Shown: piece after piece, positions 28,805-39,890 of the stretch | Layout of the letters: each line of letters begins with the position of its first letter | How positions within the stretch are numbered: the first letter of the stretch is position 1 | DNA from: Tissierellia bacterium | Lineage (GTDB): Bacteria > Bacillota > Clostridia > Tissierellales > Tepidimicrobiaceae | Length of the DNA: 60,025 bases | Assembly (NCBI GenBank): GCA_012518955.1 | Contig: JAAYRD010000168.1 | Span: 1-60,025, forward strand | Direction: 5' to 3' | Notes under the pieces: model-generated | Database searches by the model: none | Seen by the model: the letters and a program-made list of their open reading frames with translations, nothing else | What the model was told of the DNA's origin: nothing | Position numbers and translations under genes: made by a program

Positions 28805-29854
28805 TTATAACTCTAAACTTTCGTCATATTGGCTTTCGCTCTTAATATCTATCTTCCAAGCTGTCAACTTAGCAGCCAGTCTCGCATTTTGTCCTTCTTT
28901 ACCAATAGCTAAAGACAATTGATAATCTGGCACAACTACTAAGGCAGATTTTTCTTTTTCATAAACTTCAACTTTAATTACTTTTGATGGACTTAGACTA
29001 TTTGCAATAAATTCTTCTATGTTTTTACTCCAAATAATAATATCAATCTTTTCACCATTTAGTTCATCTACTATTGCTTTTACCCTACTTCCCTTAAAAC
29101 CCACACATGCTCCTACCGGATCAACGTTAGGGTCTTTTGAGTGAACCGCAATCTTAGTCCTTGAACCAGCTTCCCTGGATATAGCATAGATATCTACAAT
29201 ACCTTCATGTATTTCCGGTACTTCTAACTCAAATAATCTTTTTACTAGACCAGGATGAGACCTAGACAATATGATTTGTGGACCCTTTGTGGTTTTCTTA
29301 ACCTCCAAGATAAAAAGCTTTATTCTATCTCCTTGTTTATAGACTTCTCCTTCAATATGCTCTGTAAGAGGCAATATTCCTTCTGTTTTGCCTAAATCAA
29401 TATAGACATTGTTGTTGTTCATTCGTTGAACTGTACCAGTAATTATCTCGTTTTCCCTATTTATGAACTCATCAAATATTACATCTCTTTCCGCATCCTT
29501 AATCCTTTGAATCACTACTTGTTTCGCTGTTTGGGCTGCAATTCTTCCAAAGTTTTTTGGTGTTATTTCAATATTAACAATATCTCCTACTTGATATTTT
29601 TCATCTATCTCCTTTGCTTCTTCTATGTCTACTTCCATTAAATCATCCTCTACTTGTTCAACTACTGTTTTTTTAGCATAGACATTAACTTTTCCAGTGC
29701 TTTTATCTATCTCAATTTCAACGTTTTGCGATGACCCAAAATTTTTCTTATAGCTTGAAATAAGTGCAGATTCTAAAGCGTCCAATATGACTTCTTTAGA
29801 TACCCCTTTTTCCTTTTCTATATCCTCAAGGGCCTCTATAAACTCCACATTCAT
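28805..29854 (-). CDS. nusA: transcription termination/antitermination factor NusA
   Basis: N-terminal domain, S1 domain, and two KH domains (DPVGACVGFKGSRV; AIGKEGQNARLAAKLT). Confidence 0.97.
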   Translation of the reverse strand: MNVEFIEALEDIEKEKGVSKEVILDALESALISSYKKNFGSSQNVEIEIDKSTGKVNVYAKKTVVEQVEDDLMEVDIEEAKEIDEKYQVGDIVNIEITPKNFGRIAAQTAKQVVIQRIKDAERDVIFDEFINRENEIITGTVQRMNNNNVYIDLGKTEGILPLTEHIEGEVYKQGDRIKLFILEVKKTTKGPQIILSRSHPGLVKRLFELEVPEIHEGIVDIYAISREAGSRTKIAVHSKDPNVDPVGACVGFKGSRVKAIVDELNGEKIDIIIWSKNIEEFIANSLSPSKVIKVEVYEKEKSALVVVPDYQLSLAIGKEGQNARLAAKLTAWKIDIKSESQYDESLEL

Positions 29855-29869
29855 TAACTACACCCTCCC

Positions 29870-30334
29870 TTAAAAATCAATAGACAATTTAATATTTGCA
29901 ATAATATCTCTCTCTATTTCTTTTGCCCCTGATCCATCTTCCTTTATGATTACATAATCATTTGTAAAATCCAATAATTCACCAGTATATTTTTTCTTAC
30001 CATCTAAATTTTTATAAAGACTTATTTCCACATTTTTTCCTTTGTTTCTTTTTAAATCCTTATCTGTTTCCAGAGGTCTATCTAAACCTGGAGATGAAAC
30101 CTCTAGATAATAACTATCCTGTATAAGATCCAATTCGTCTAATTTAACGCCTACCTGTTCACTTACAATTTGACAATCATCAATGGTTATTCCTTCAGGT
30201 TTTCCAATATAAAATCTCAAAAAATATCTATTATTTTCCTTAACATATTCTAGTTCCACTAAATCATATCCTAGCTCTTCAACTATCGGTTCACAATGTT
30301 CTTTAATGGTTCTAATTATATTTCTCTTACCCAA
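29870..30334 (-). CDS. rimP: ribosome maturation factor RimP
   Basis: VELEYVKENNRYFLRFYI...LEVSSPGLDRPL motif. Confidence 0.93.
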   Translation of the reverse strand: MGKRNIIRTIKEHCEPIVEELGYDLVELEYVKENNRYFLRFYIGKPEGITIDDCQIVSEQVGVKLDELDLIQDSYYLEVSSPGLDRPLETDKDLKRNKGKNVEISLYKNLDGKKKYTGELLDFTNDYVIIKEDGSGAKEIERDIIANIKLSIDF

Positions 30335-30381
30335 AGTGTCACCTCCATAAAATTATATCTATTTTTTGTAATACTAATGAA

Positions 30382-30410
30382 AATATACTATAATGTTAGG
30401 ACTAAATCAA
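30382..30410 (-). promoter_or_regulatory. candidate sigma-A promoter of the rimP-nusA-infB operon (TTGATT-17 nt-TATATT)
   Basis: Minus strand: TTGATT 30410-30405, 17-nt spacer, TATATT 30387-30382. Confidence 0.45.
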
Positions 30411-30418
30411 ACAAATTA

Positions 30419-30439
30419 AGAGTGGGGTAAGCCCACTCT
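30419..30439 (-). terminator. intrinsic terminator after polC
   Basis: AGAGTGGG-5 nt-CCCACTCT, followed by UAAUUUGUUUGAUUU on the minus strand. Confidence 0.75.
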
Positions 30440-30501
30440 CTTCAATGCACAGTTTACATCTTGTCAACACCATTATAATTATATCACAATAATGTAAAAA
30501 A

Positions 30502-33500
30502 TCAAATGTTAAAAAGGCTCATCTGATTGCTTTCAGGCAAATCCGAAAGACAATTATGTTCTTTTAATGCTTCTAAGGCTGGTTTATTTACTTTTGCTCT
30601 AGTAACTAAATCTTCTATGGATAAAAACTTGGCCTTATGACGTTCCTCTACAATCTTTCTTGCTGCATTTTCTCCTAATCCATCTAAACTTTTAAGAGGC
30701 GGTAAGATTCCTTCCCCGCCTATTAAAAACTTATCACTATCGGATCTATACAGATCTACCCTTTCAAATTTAAATCCACGTGCATACATTTCTTCAACAA
30801 CTTCTAAAACAGTCAATAAGTTTCTTTCTTTAGCGGTCATATTATTGGATAGATTTTCAAGCTCTTTCAACTTCTCTTTAACAGCTTCTCTCCCTTGTAA
30901 GACTAAATGAGCATCAAAATCTTGAGCTTTTGTTGTAAAATATGTTGCATAAAAAGCTTCAGGATAATGAACTTTAAAGTAAGCTATCCTAAAGGACATA
31001 GTAACATATGCTGCCGCATGAGCTTTAGGGAACATATATTTGATTTTATTGCATGATTCAATATACCACTCTGGAACATTAAAACTTCGCATATATTCTT
31101 CATCTTCTTCTGTTAAACCTCGTCCTTTTCTAACCCTCTCCATTATATTAAAAGCCCTCATCTTATCAAGTCCAGAGTATATTAAATACAACATAATGTC
31201 ATCCCTTGTAGATATAACTTGACTCAGTGAAGCTGTATTGTTTCTTACTAAGTTTTGTGCATTATTTAACCATACATCGGTACCGTGGGATAATCCACTA
31301 ATTCTTACTAGTTCTGCAAAGGTCGTAGGCTTTGTATCTATTAACATTTGTCTAACAAATCTAGTTCCAAACTCTGGTATCCCCAGTGTTCCAACTTCAA
31401 TATCTATATCCTTTTCTTTAATATTTAAAGGTTCAATACTAGTGAAAAGCTTCATAGTTTCCTTGTCATCTAAAGGAATTTCACTAGGGTTTACTCCGGT
31501 AATGTCTTCCAACATTCTAATTATTGTAGGCACATCATGACCTAAAATATCTAATTTTAAAATCCTACCACTGATAGAATTATAATCAAAATGCGTAGTC
31601 ACAACTCCTGATTTTTTATCGTTAGCTGGATATTGTATAGGAGAAAAGTCGTATATATCTTTATATTTCGGTACTATCATCACTCCCCCAGGATGTTGCC
31701 CTGATGTACGTTTTACTCCAGTACACCCTTGTACTAATCTATTTATTTCCGCCGGATGAATGGTTATTTGATTTTCATCATGATACTTCTTTACAAATCC
31801 AAATGCAGTTTTATCAGCTATAGTTCCTATCGTTCCTGCCCTAAATACATATCCTTCTCCAAACAACTCCTCTGTATACTTATGAGCATTAGCCTGATAT
31901 TCTCCTGCAAAATTTAAATCTATATCTGGCTCTTTATCTCCTTTAAAACCCAAAAATACTTCAAATGGAATATCATGCCCATCTTTGTTTAACTTAGTTT
32001 GACATTTAGGACATTTTTTATCGGGCAAATCAATTCCCGAACCTATTGAGCCATCTTCAATAAATTCACTATACTTGCAATTTGGACATACATAATGAGG
32101 TACTAAAGGATTTACTTCTGTAATACCACTCATTGTTGCAACAAATGAAGAACCAACCGAACCCCTTGATCCAACCAAATATCCGTCTTCTATAGATTTC
32201 CAAACCAGTTTCTGAGCTATTATATACATTACGGCATACCCATTTTCTATAATTGAATTAAGTTCTTTATCTAATCTTTCCTTTACTATTTTAGGCAATG
32301 GAGTCCCGTATATATCAATAGCTCTATCGTATGTTATTTTTTTTAATTCCTCTTCAGCACCATCTATGACTGGTGGATATGTGCCTGTAGGAATAGGATC
32401 TATTTCATCTATCATATCTGAAATTAAATTAGTATTTTTAACGACTACCTCTTCTGCTTTCTCTTTGCCTAAATATTCAAACTCCTTCAACATTTCATCA
32501 GTAGTTTTAAAATAAAGAGGAGGTTGAAGTTCTGCATCTGAATAACCTTGGCCAAACATTAAAATTTTTCTATAAACCTCATCTTCAGGATCTAAAAAGT
32601 GTACATCTCCCGTGGCTACAACTAATTTATTAAATCGTTCTCCTAGTTTTACAATTTTTTTGTTTATATTTCTTAATTGTTCTTCATCGGATATTAATCC
32701 ATTCCTTATTAGATGCATATTATTATCTATAGGCTGTATCTCTAAATAATCATAAAAACTTACAATGTTTCTGATTTCATTATCATCTTTATTCTCTAAA
32801 ATCGCCCTATAAAGCTCTCCAGCTTCACAAGCACTTCCAATTATTAAGCCTTCTCTGTAAGTATTTAATAAAGACTTAGGAATTCTTGGTCTTCTGTAAA
32901 AATAGTTTAAATGAGATTCTGAAATCAATTTATATAAATTCTTTAGTCCTACAGTGTTTTTAGCTAATATAATTATATGAAAAGGCCTATCTTTAGAAAT
33001 GTCTTTTTTATTATTTAACCTATTTATCTGACAGAAGCTTTCTATACCATTATCGTCTAATAATTCCATACATTTAAGAAAGATTTCTGCTGTGGCTTCT
33101 GCATCATCCACAGCCCTATGATGATTTATTAAATCTACCTTTAAATGCTTTGCTACTATGTTAAGACGGTGACTTTTAAGTTGTGGAAACAGTGCCCTTG
33201 TTAATTCCAGCGTGTCTAAAACAGGATTGCTTATATCCTTACCTACGTTTGAAAACTGCTCTCTTAAAAATCCCATGTCAAATGAAGCATTATGAGCTAC
33301 TAAAGTCGAATCCTTGATAAAATTTTCAAAATCCGGCAGTATCTCATGAATTTTCGGTTTATCTTTAACCATATTGTCTGTAATTCCAGTGATATTTACA
33401 ATTTTACTAGGAATTGGTCTTCCTGGATTAATCAATTGGCTATATTTATCTACAACTACTCCATCTTCAATTTTAACTGCACCTATCTCAGTTATCATGT

Positions 33501-34770
33501 CATTCCTGGGAGAAAGTCCAGTAGTTTCTATATCAAAAACCACATACCTGTTATAACTTTGTTTTTCATCATAATTAGACACAATAGCTTTTTCATCATT
33601 AATTAAATATCCCTCAACCCCGTATATAACCTTAATGTTTAATTCCTTACTAGCTTCCATAGCTTCAGGAAATCCTTGCGCCACACCATGATCAGTTATT
33701 GATATAGCTTTATGACCCCATTTTTTTGCTCTTTCTGCAATCTTTCTATAACTGGTAACTCCATCCATAGAACTCATTTGAGTGTGCACATGAAGTTCGA
33801 CCCTTTTTACATCTGCTAAATCCATTCGCTCATGTTTTTCTAAAAGATTTAAAGATTTAAGCATTAACACTAAGTGCTTTGAATAGCTGTCAAATATAAT
33901 ATCTCCTGATACCTTTACATAAGAACCATCTTTTACATTTGTTTCAAAGTCTTCAAATTGTTTTTGGGTTAAAAATACTTTCACTGTAATAGAATCTGTC
34001 AAATCCGAGATGTTGAAAATTACCAATTTCTTGTTGCCTCTTATATCCCTGGTCTCCATTTGGAATATTTCCCCGCATATTGTAGCTACTCCTATATTTA
34101 GATTTATATCTTCGATTTTAATAGGATCCTCATCAATCTTCTTACCAAAAATATAATTTTTACTAGGAGTTAATTGCTTTTTCTTAGTTTTATTATTATT
34201 TTTACTACTTAACGTTTCTGCCGAAAGCCTTTTTTCTTCTACAATAGTACGCTTAATAACCTCGTCATCCTTATTCAAAATCTTAGAATTCTCTAAATAT
34301 ACATTAAAATCCATGTTCAACTCTTCTTTTATTTTGTTTCTAATTTTAACCTCTGCTTTATTGTTTTTCAACGCATAGTTAACTATAGTATTGGTCGTAA
34401 AGATAACAAAGGAATTGTCTTTTATCTTCCACTCTAAATCTTTAGTCCAGGAAGTACTTGAGGGAATTTCTTTTTCAATAAAATATATTATGTTATCCCA
34501 ATATTTCCTCATAATATTGAGTGGTTTTTCAGAAACATTATATTTAATCTTTAAATGCACTCTAAATTTTGGAAATTTATTTTTGAAGATTTTCTCTAGC
34601 TCTTCCAATACCTGTTCTTTTATGATGATTCTTGAAGTCAAAAATATTTTAATTATTTTTTTTTCATTGGAAATCTCAATTCCTTCCACAAATAGGCTGT
34701 CTATATCTAAGTTTACAGATATATTATTGTTTTCAAATAAAGTTAGTAGTTGGATTGTTGACTTGCCCAT
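30502..34770 (-). CDS. polC: DNA polymerase III alpha subunit, PolC type (with PHP and 3'-5' exonuclease domains)
   Basis: 1422 aa. PHP (VELHVHTQMSSMDG), DEDDh exonuclease (VVFDIETTGLS...HNASFDMGF...HRAVDDAEA), a CPNC...CPKC zinc module, and the polymerase core. Confidence 0.98.
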   Translation of the reverse strand: MGKSTIQLLTLFENNNISVNLDIDSLFVEGIEISNEKKIIKIFLTSRIIIKEQVLEELEKIFKNKFPKFRVHLKIKYNVSEKPLNIMRKYWDNIIYFIEKEIPSSTSWTKDLEWKIKDNSFVIFTTNTIVNYALKNNKAEVKIRNKIKEELNMDFNVYLENSKILNKDDEVIKRTIVEEKRLSAETLSSKNNNKTKKKQLTPSKNYIFGKKIDEDPIKIEDINLNIGVATICGEIFQMETRDIRGNKKLVIFNISDLTDSITVKVFLTQKQFEDFETNVKDGSYVKVSGDIIFDSYSKHLVLMLKSLNLLEKHERMDLADVKRVELHVHTQMSSMDGVTSYRKIAERAKKWGHKAISITDHGVAQGFPEAMEASKELNIKVIYGVEGYLINDEKAIVSNYDEKQSYNRYVVFDIETTGLSPRNDMITEIGAVKIEDGVVVDKYSQLINPGRPIPSKIVNITGITDNMVKDKPKIHEILPDFENFIKDSTLVAHNASFDMGFLREQFSNVGKDISNPVLDTLELTRALFPQLKSHRLNIVAKHLKVDLINHHRAVDDAEATAEIFLKCMELLDDNGIESFCQINRLNNKKDISKDRPFHIIILAKNTVGLKNLYKLISESHLNYFYRRPRIPKSLLNTYREGLIIGSACEAGELYRAILENKDDNEIRNIVSFYDYLEIQPIDNNMHLIRNGLISDEEQLRNINKKIVKLGERFNKLVVATGDVHFLDPEDEVYRKILMFGQGYSDAELQPPLYFKTTDEMLKEFEYLGKEKAEEVVVKNTNLISDMIDEIDPIPTGTYPPVIDGAEEELKKITYDRAIDIYGTPLPKIVKERLDKELNSIIENGYAVMYIIAQKLVWKSIEDGYLVGSRGSVGSSFVATMSGITEVNPLVPHYVCPNCKYSEFIEDGSIGSGIDLPDKKCPKCQTKLNKDGHDIPFEVFLGFKGDKEPDIDLNFAGEYQANAHKYTEELFGEGYVFRAGTIGTIADKTAFGFVKKYHDENQITIHPAEINRLVQGCTGVKRTSGQHPGGVMIVPKYKDIYDFSPIQYPANDKKSGVVTTHFDYNSISGRILKLDILGHDVPTIIRMLEDITGVNPSEIPLDDKETMKLFTSIEPLNIKEKDIDIEVGTLGIPEFGTRFVRQMLIDTKPTTFAELVRISGLSHGTDVWLNNAQNLVRNNTASLSQVISTRDDIMLYLIYSGLDKMRAFNIMERVRKGRGLTEEDEEYMRSFNVPEWYIESCNKIKYMFPKAHAAAYVTMSFRIAYFKVHYPEAFYATYFTTKAQDFDAHLVLQGREAVKEKLKELENLSNNMTAKERNLLTVLEVVEEMYARGFKFERVDLYRSDSDKFLIGGEGILPPLKSLDGLGENAARKIVEERHKAKFLSIEDLVTRAKVNKPALEALKEHNCLSDLPESNQMSLFNI

Positions 34771-34845
34771 TTTTATTGTACCTCCTTTGTCCTTAGCCAG
34801 GCCTTCATATGGATTTTATTAAATTCCCATTAGACTATAATAAAA

Positions 34846-34885
34846 ATTGAAACCCTTTTGGATAAAATGATTAAAGGGTTTCAAT
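34846..34885 (-). terminator. intrinsic terminator overlapping the ispG stop
   Basis: 13-bp stem ATTGAAACCCTTT/AAAGGGTTTCAAT, followed by UUUUUAUUAU on the minus strand. Confidence 0.7.
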
Positions 34886-35920
34886 TTCATTTATTAATTC
34901 ATCTATAAGGAATTCTTCCTTTACCTTTTTTATAACCTTTCCCTTTTTAAATATTAGACCTTCACCTTGTCCTCCCGCTATACCAATATCAGCCTCTCTT
35001 GCTTCTCCTGGACCATTTACAGGACATCCCATAATAGCTACTTTTAACGGCTTATTTATACCCTCTAATCTTTTTTCCGCTTCTTCTACTAAGTTGATCA
35101 GTTCTATTTTAGTTCTACCACAGGTAGGACAGGATATTACCTCTATACCTTCTTCCAGCAAACCTAGAGATCTTAAAATTTCTCGGCCAACTTTTACCTC
35201 TTCCACAGGATCCCCAGTTAAAGATATTCTTATGGTATCTCCAATACCCATAGACAGTAATGCTCCAATACCAACGGCTGATTTAACAGTCCCCCTCCAT
35301 ATTGGACCTGCCTCAGTAACTCCTAAATGTAATGGATAGTCTACCTTTTGGGACATCTTTTCATAGGATTTTATCGTTAAAGGGACATTACTAGCCTTTA
35401 AGGATATCTTTATATTCTCAAAGTTTAGATCTTCTAAAATTCTCACATGTTCTAAAGCACTATATACCATGGAATCTTCATTGACACCTTTATATTTTTC
35501 TAAATATTCCTTTTTTATAGATCCAGAATTTACACCTATGCGTATAGGTATTTGTCTTTCCTTGCATACATTCACAACCTCCATAACCTTAGCTCTTGAT
35601 CCTATATTGCCAGGATTAAGCCTCAAACAGTCAGCGCCTTTTTCTACGGCAGCTATAGCTAATTTATAATCATATTGAATATCCGCTATAAAAGGAATTG
35701 TTATCTGCTCTTTAATCTTTTTTATAGCCTCAGCATCATCTAAATCTGTTACAGCAGCTCTAATAATATCACATCCTGCCGCTTCTAGCCTTTGGATTTG
35801 TTTGACTGTATTAGCAATATCTTTAGTTTCTGTATTGGTCATAGACTGGATGCTAATTGAACTATTTCCACCTACAGGAACATCCCCTATCATGATCTTT
35901 CTTGTCTTTTTTCTCTTCAT
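34871..35920 (-). CDS. ispG: 4-hydroxy-3-methylbut-2-enyl diphosphate synthase (flavodoxin)
   Basis: IQSMTNT, RAAV and the CPTCGR...GCPVNGPGE Fe-S motifs. Confidence 0.96.
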   Translation of the reverse strand: MKRKKTRKIMIGDVPVGGNSSISIQSMTNTETKDIANTVKQIQRLEAAGCDIIRAAVTDLDDAEAIKKIKEQITIPFIADIQYDYKLAIAAVEKGADCLRLNPGNIGSRAKVMEVVNVCKERQIPIRIGVNSGSIKKEYLEKYKGVNEDSMVYSALEHVRILEDLNFENIKISLKASNVPLTIKSYEKMSQKVDYPLHLGVTEAGPIWRGTVKSAVGIGALLSMGIGDTIRISLTGDPVEEVKVGREILRSLGLLEEGIEVISCPTCGRTKIELINLVEEAEKRLEGINKPLKVAIMGCPVNGPGEAREADIGIAGGQGEGLIFKKGKVIKKVKEEFLIDELINEIETL

Positions 35921-35924
35921 AAAA

Positions 35925-36938
35925 TCACCTTCTAAATATATTAAACCTAATAATATCTGAGTAAGTAACAGTTAACATTAATAATATTAACAACACAAAT
36001 CCTATAAAATGTATGAAACCTTCCTTCTCAGGATTCACAGCCTTGCCTCTTATCATTTCAATAACTAGAAATACAATTCTACTACCATCCAATGCAGGCA
36101 AAGGTAGTAAATTGAAAAAACCTAGATTTACACTGATGAAACCCATTAAATATAATAGATTTATGACTCCATACTTAGCAGCTTCACCTATAGTATATAT
36201 TACACCTACAGGACCTGAAAGGTCTTTTGTACTCACTTCGCCTCTAAAGGCCATCTTTAAAAAATCAAACATCAATTTTAACATAGACCAAGTTTGTTCA
36301 AAGCCATTCCCTATGGACAATAGAAATGATTTTCGTGAAACAGGAACAATACCGATTACTATTCTATTATCATCACCTATTTTGGGTTGCAGAAAATAGT
36401 CAATTTTTTCCTCATTACGTAAAACAGTCACTTTCATTTCTTTATTAGGCTCTGAGCCATTTATTTTCTCAACGATAGAATCCCAATCATCTATCTGATC
36501 ATCATTGATACTCAATATCGTATCTCCTCTTTGAATACCCACGCTTTCAGCTGGAGAGTCTTGTTGAACGTCCTTAATAGTAGTCGTAGGCACTCCTAAA
36601 TTAAATGCAACTATAGAAAACACAATTATAGCTAAAATAAAATTCATCATAGCTCCAGCTGCTATAACGGCTATCCGCGATAATACTGGTACCCTATTAA
36701 AACTTCTTGGGTCGTTTGAATTTTCATCCTCTCCTTCCATACTTACATAACCGCCTATTGGCAGAACTCGAATGGAATATTTAGTTTCTCCTTTTTCTTT
36801 CTGAAAAATCTTAGGCCCCATACCTATAGAAAACTCATTAACCTTAATGCCTACAGTTTTTGCAACTATAAAATGGCCAAACTCATGGAACAGTATTACC
36901 ATTAAAAATACAAAAATTGCAGCTATTGCAGTTACCAA
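35925..36938 (-). CDS. rseP: RIP metalloprotease RseP/RasP (site-2 protease, M50)
   Basis: HEFGHF zinc motif, PDZ domain, and NLLPLPALDG motif. Confidence 0.95.
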   Translation of the reverse strand: MVTAIAAIFVFLMVILFHEFGHFIVAKTVGIKVNEFSIGMGPKIFQKEKGETKYSIRVLPIGGYVSMEGEDENSNDPRSFNRVPVLSRIAVIAAGAMMNFILAIIVFSIVAFNLGVPTTTIKDVQQDSPAESVGIQRGDTILSINDDQIDDWDSIVEKINGSEPNKEMKVTVLRNEEKIDYFLQPKIGDDNRIVIGIVPVSRKSFLLSIGNGFEQTWSMLKLMFDFLKMAFRGEVSTKDLSGPVGVIYTIGEAAKYGVINLLYLMGFISVNLGFFNLLPLPALDGSRIVFLVIEMIRGKAVNPEKEGFIHFIGFVLLILLMLTVTYSDIIRFNIFRR

Positions 36939-36957
36939 TTAAATCACCACCTATCTT

Positions 36958-37737
36958 TTACAATGAGAAATACTTTATAAAATAATATACAAAAGGTGCA
37001 GTAAATAGTATGCTATCAAATCGATCCAATATTCCCCCATGCCCAGGCATAATAAATCCAAAATCTTTTATGCCAGTAATTCTCTTGATTTTAGATGCCG
37101 CCAGATCTCCAATCTGAGCAATGATTCCTCCCAGAATAGCCAATAAAATTAGTTTCCATAGAGGATATAAGGTAAAATACTTAGCAAAACCTAAGGTTAG
37201 CAATGTAGAGCCAAGTATTCCACCCAATGAGCCTTCTATTGTCTTGTTAGGACTTATCTTTGGACACAATTTGTTTTTTCCAAACAAGCTACCAAAGATA
37301 TATGCAAATGTATCTGTACCCCACGCTGTTATAAAAACTAACCATATATATATATTACCATCTAGATATATAATATGCTGCATTAAAAAAGGTATGTAAA
37401 AAACTCCAAAAAGAGTTACGGATATATCTATTAGAGTAATATCTTTTTTAAATATTAATTCAATTAACAACGCTATTATCAAGTAAAAAAAAAGCAATTT
37501 AAAGGACATCCAGCTATATCCTAAGGAGTTAAGTAAAAATCCAATACAACTCAGGTACCCTATTATTTTTATAGGTTTGATATTTATTTCTTCTACTGCA
37601 TTATAAAACTCCCTCAATCCTAAAATAGATAGCAATAATATAAAGTATGATATAGGGGTTCCACCCCTTAATGTTATAAATATTGTAAATAAAACTATTA
37701 TAAGTCCACTAATTGTTCTAGTTATTAAACCCTTCAC
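36958..37737 (-). CDS. cdsA: phosphatidate cytidylyltransferase
   Basis: Polytopic protein with the C-terminal signature SKIKRITGIKDFGFIMPGHGGILDRFDS. Confidence 0.95.
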   Translation of the reverse strand: MKGLITRTISGLIIVLFTIFITLRGGTPISYFILLLSILGLREFYNAVEEINIKPIKIIGYLSCIGFLLNSLGYSWMSFKLLFFYLIIALLIELIFKKDITLIDISVTLFGVFYIPFLMQHIIYLDGNIYIWLVFITAWGTDTFAYIFGSLFGKNKLCPKISPNKTIEGSLGGILGSTLLTLGFAKYFTLYPLWKLILLAILGGIIAQIGDLAASKIKRITGIKDFGFIMPGHGGILDRFDSILFTAPFVYYFIKYFSL

Positions 37738-38481
37738 CTAAATTCCTCCAAATCTTCTATTTCTTTTTTGATAATCAAGAATAGCTTTATACAGGTACTC
37801 TTCCTTAAAATCCGGCCAATAAATATCCGAAAACCAAAGCTCAGTATATGCTATTTGATACAGCATAAAATTACTTAACCTTAATTCTCCGCTGGGCCTA
37901 ATTAACAAATCAGGATCGGGTATATCTTTTGTGTATAAATATTTCGAAAACAACTCTACATTTATATCATCCTTATCTATTTTACCCAAATTTACATCTT
38001 CTAAAATATTTTTTATACTACGAATTATTTCATCTCTACTTCCATAATTTAATCCAATATTTAAAACCATCTTTGAGTTGTTTTTAGTTTTTTCAATAGC
38101 CTTTTCCACTTCTTTTCTAGGTACTTTTGGAAGCAGGCTTATATCGCCCATAATTTTAATCTTAATATTATTTTTATGTATTTTATCCAATTCGTTTCTT
38201 ATATAAAAAACTAATATTTTCATCAATGCATCAATTTCTTTTTTAGGACGTTTCCAATTTTCAGTTGAAAAAGCATATAGGGACAAGTATTCTACACCAA
38301 GATTATTGGTTGCTTCAACGATGTCCACTACTCTTTTCATGCCCTCTTGATGTCCTGAAGTCCTTGGTAATGATCTATCTTTTGCCCATCTTCCATTACC
38401 ATCCATAATAATAGCAATATGCTTTGGGAGATTTTGAAAGTCTATTTTGTCTTTTAGTTCCAATATTTCATCTTTTCCCAT
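37738..38481 (-). CDS. uppS: isoprenyl transferase (undecaprenyl diphosphate synthase)
   Basis: HIAIIMDGNGRWA, AFSTENWKRP and RxSGE.RLSNF motifs. ATG 38481 lies 5 nt after a GGAGGATG RBS; the track start is 38502. Confidence 0.95.
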   Translation of the reverse strand: MGKDEILELKDKIDFQNLPKHIAIIMDGNGRWAKDRSLPRTSGHQEGMKRVVDIVEATNNLGVEYLSLYAFSTENWKRPKKEIDALMKILVFYIRNELDKIHKNNIKIKIMGDISLLPKVPRKEVEKAIEKTKNNSKMVLNIGLNYGSRDEIIRSIKNILEDVNLGKIDKDDINVELFSKYLYTKDIPDPDLLIRPSGELRLSNFMLYQIAYTELWFSDIYWPDFKEEYLYKAILDYQKRNRRFGGI

Positions 38482-38500
38482 AGTTTCATCCTCCATTATC

Positions 38501-38534
38501 AAAATTCCCCTTCCTATATAAGAAGGGGAATTTT
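38501..38534 (-). terminator. hairpin (terminator or attenuator) between frr and uppS
   Basis: 13-bp stem AAAATTCCCCTTC/GAAGGGGAATTTT immediately after the frr stop, followed by a U-rich tail. Confidence 0.65.
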
Positions 38535-39091
38535 TAGATTTCCAATAATTCTTCTTCTTTTTTATTAGTTAACTCATCAATGTTTTCAATATACTTATCC
38601 GTTATATTTTGTATTTCATTTTCAGCCAATTTTCGCTCATCTTCGCTAAGTTCTTTATCCTTCTCCATTTTCTTTATAACGTCATTAGATTCTCTTCTTA
38701 TATTTCTTATAGCTATTTTAGCATTTTCTGCATTTTTACCTACTAATCTAACTAGCTCTTTTCTTCGTTCCTCTGTTAATAATGGGATTGGCAGTCTAAT
38801 AATTTTCCCATCATTTGAGGGATTTAACCCCAAGTCGGATATTAGAATTTCTTTTTCGATAGCTGGTATTAAGTTGACGTCCCATGGCTGAATAACCAAT
38901 AATCTTGGTTCTGGTGCAGAAACACTAGCAACCTGTTTTAAAGGTGTTATTGTTCCATAACATTCAACATTAATTTGATCAAGTAAAGCTGGGTTTGCGC
39001 GACCTGCCCTTATACTTTTTAATTCTTCTTGATATGAGTCTATTGTTTTTTGCATCCTTACTTCAGTTTCCTTATGAATATCTAAATACAT
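38534..39091 (-). CDS. frr: ribosome recycling factor
   Basis: 185 aa, [15 protein letters not shown]...[14 protein letters not shown], the classic Frr sequence. Confidence 0.97.
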   Translation of the reverse strand: MYLDIHKETEVRMQKTIDSYQEELKSIRAGRANPALLDQINVECYGTITPLKQVASVSAPEPRLLVIQPWDVNLIPAIEKEILISDLGLNPSNDGKIIRLPIPLLTEERRKELVRLVGKNAENAKIAIRNIRRESNDVIKKMEKDKELSEDERKLAENEIQNITDKYIENIDELTNKKEEELLEI

Positions 39092-39093
39092 GG

Positions 39094-39810
39094 TTAATCC
39101 TCCTTTATATAAGTGCCTATTTTTCTCCCTAAAGCTACATCTATAATATTATTAGGTTTATCAATACCAAATACTATTATAGGTAAGCTATTATCCATAC
39201 ATAAAGAAGTTGCTGTGGAATCCATGATTCCTAATCCCATATTTAATATATCTATATATTTTAATGTATCAAACTTTTTGGCAGATGCATTAACATGTGG
39301 ATCGGAATCATAAACTCCGTCGACTCCTTTTTTTGCTAGCAGTATAACTTCCGCTTCAATTTCTGCAGCCCTTAGTGCTGCAGCTGTATCAGTTGAAAAA
39401 TAAGGATTTCCGGAACCAGCTGCAAAAATAACAACTCTACCTTTTTCTAAATGCCTTATAGCCTTCCTTCTTATATAAGGTTCAGCAACCTGTCTCATTT
39501 CTATAGCAGTTTGTACCCTTGTCTTAACATCAATTTTCTCTAATGCATCTTGAAGTGCTAAAGCATTTATCACCGTACCCAACATCCCCATATAGTCTGA
39601 AGTTGTCCTATCCATTTCCTTGGCAGTTCGTCCTCTCCAAAAATTCCCACCACCAACAACTATAGCCACTTCTATGCCTAAACTATGTATAGTTTTGATT
39701 TCATTAGATAGTCTTGTAACTGTTTCAGTACTGATACCATAACCTTCATCTCCTGCCAAAGCCTCTCCACTTAATTTTAATACTACCCTTTTAAAAATCG
39801 GTTCCGCCAT
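39094..39810 (-). CDS. pyrH: UMP kinase
   Basis: [11 protein letters not shown]...[10 protein letters not shown]...[20 protein letters not shown]. Confidence 0.97.
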   Translation of the reverse strand: MAEPIFKRVVLKLSGEALAGDEGYGISTETVTRLSNEIKTIHSLGIEVAIVVGGGNFWRGRTAKEMDRTTSDYMGMLGTVINALALQDALEKIDVKTRVQTAIEMRQVAEPYIRRKAIRHLEKGRVVIFAAGSGNPYFSTDTAAALRAAEIEAEVILLAKKGVDGVYDSDPHVNASAKKFDTLKYIDILNMGLGIMDSTATSLCMDNSLPIIVFGIDKPNNIIDVALGRKIGTYIKED

Positions 39811-39853
39811 ATGAATCCTCCCTTAATTAATGTATCAAGTAGCTAAGTATCTT

Positions 39854-39890
39854 AATTAAATGGAGAACAACCTGTGTTCTCCATTTAATT
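39854..39890 (-). terminator. intrinsic terminator overlapping the tsf stop
   Basis: 15-bp stem AATTAAATGGAGAAC/GTTCTCCATTTAATT with a 7-nt loop. Confidence 0.7.
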
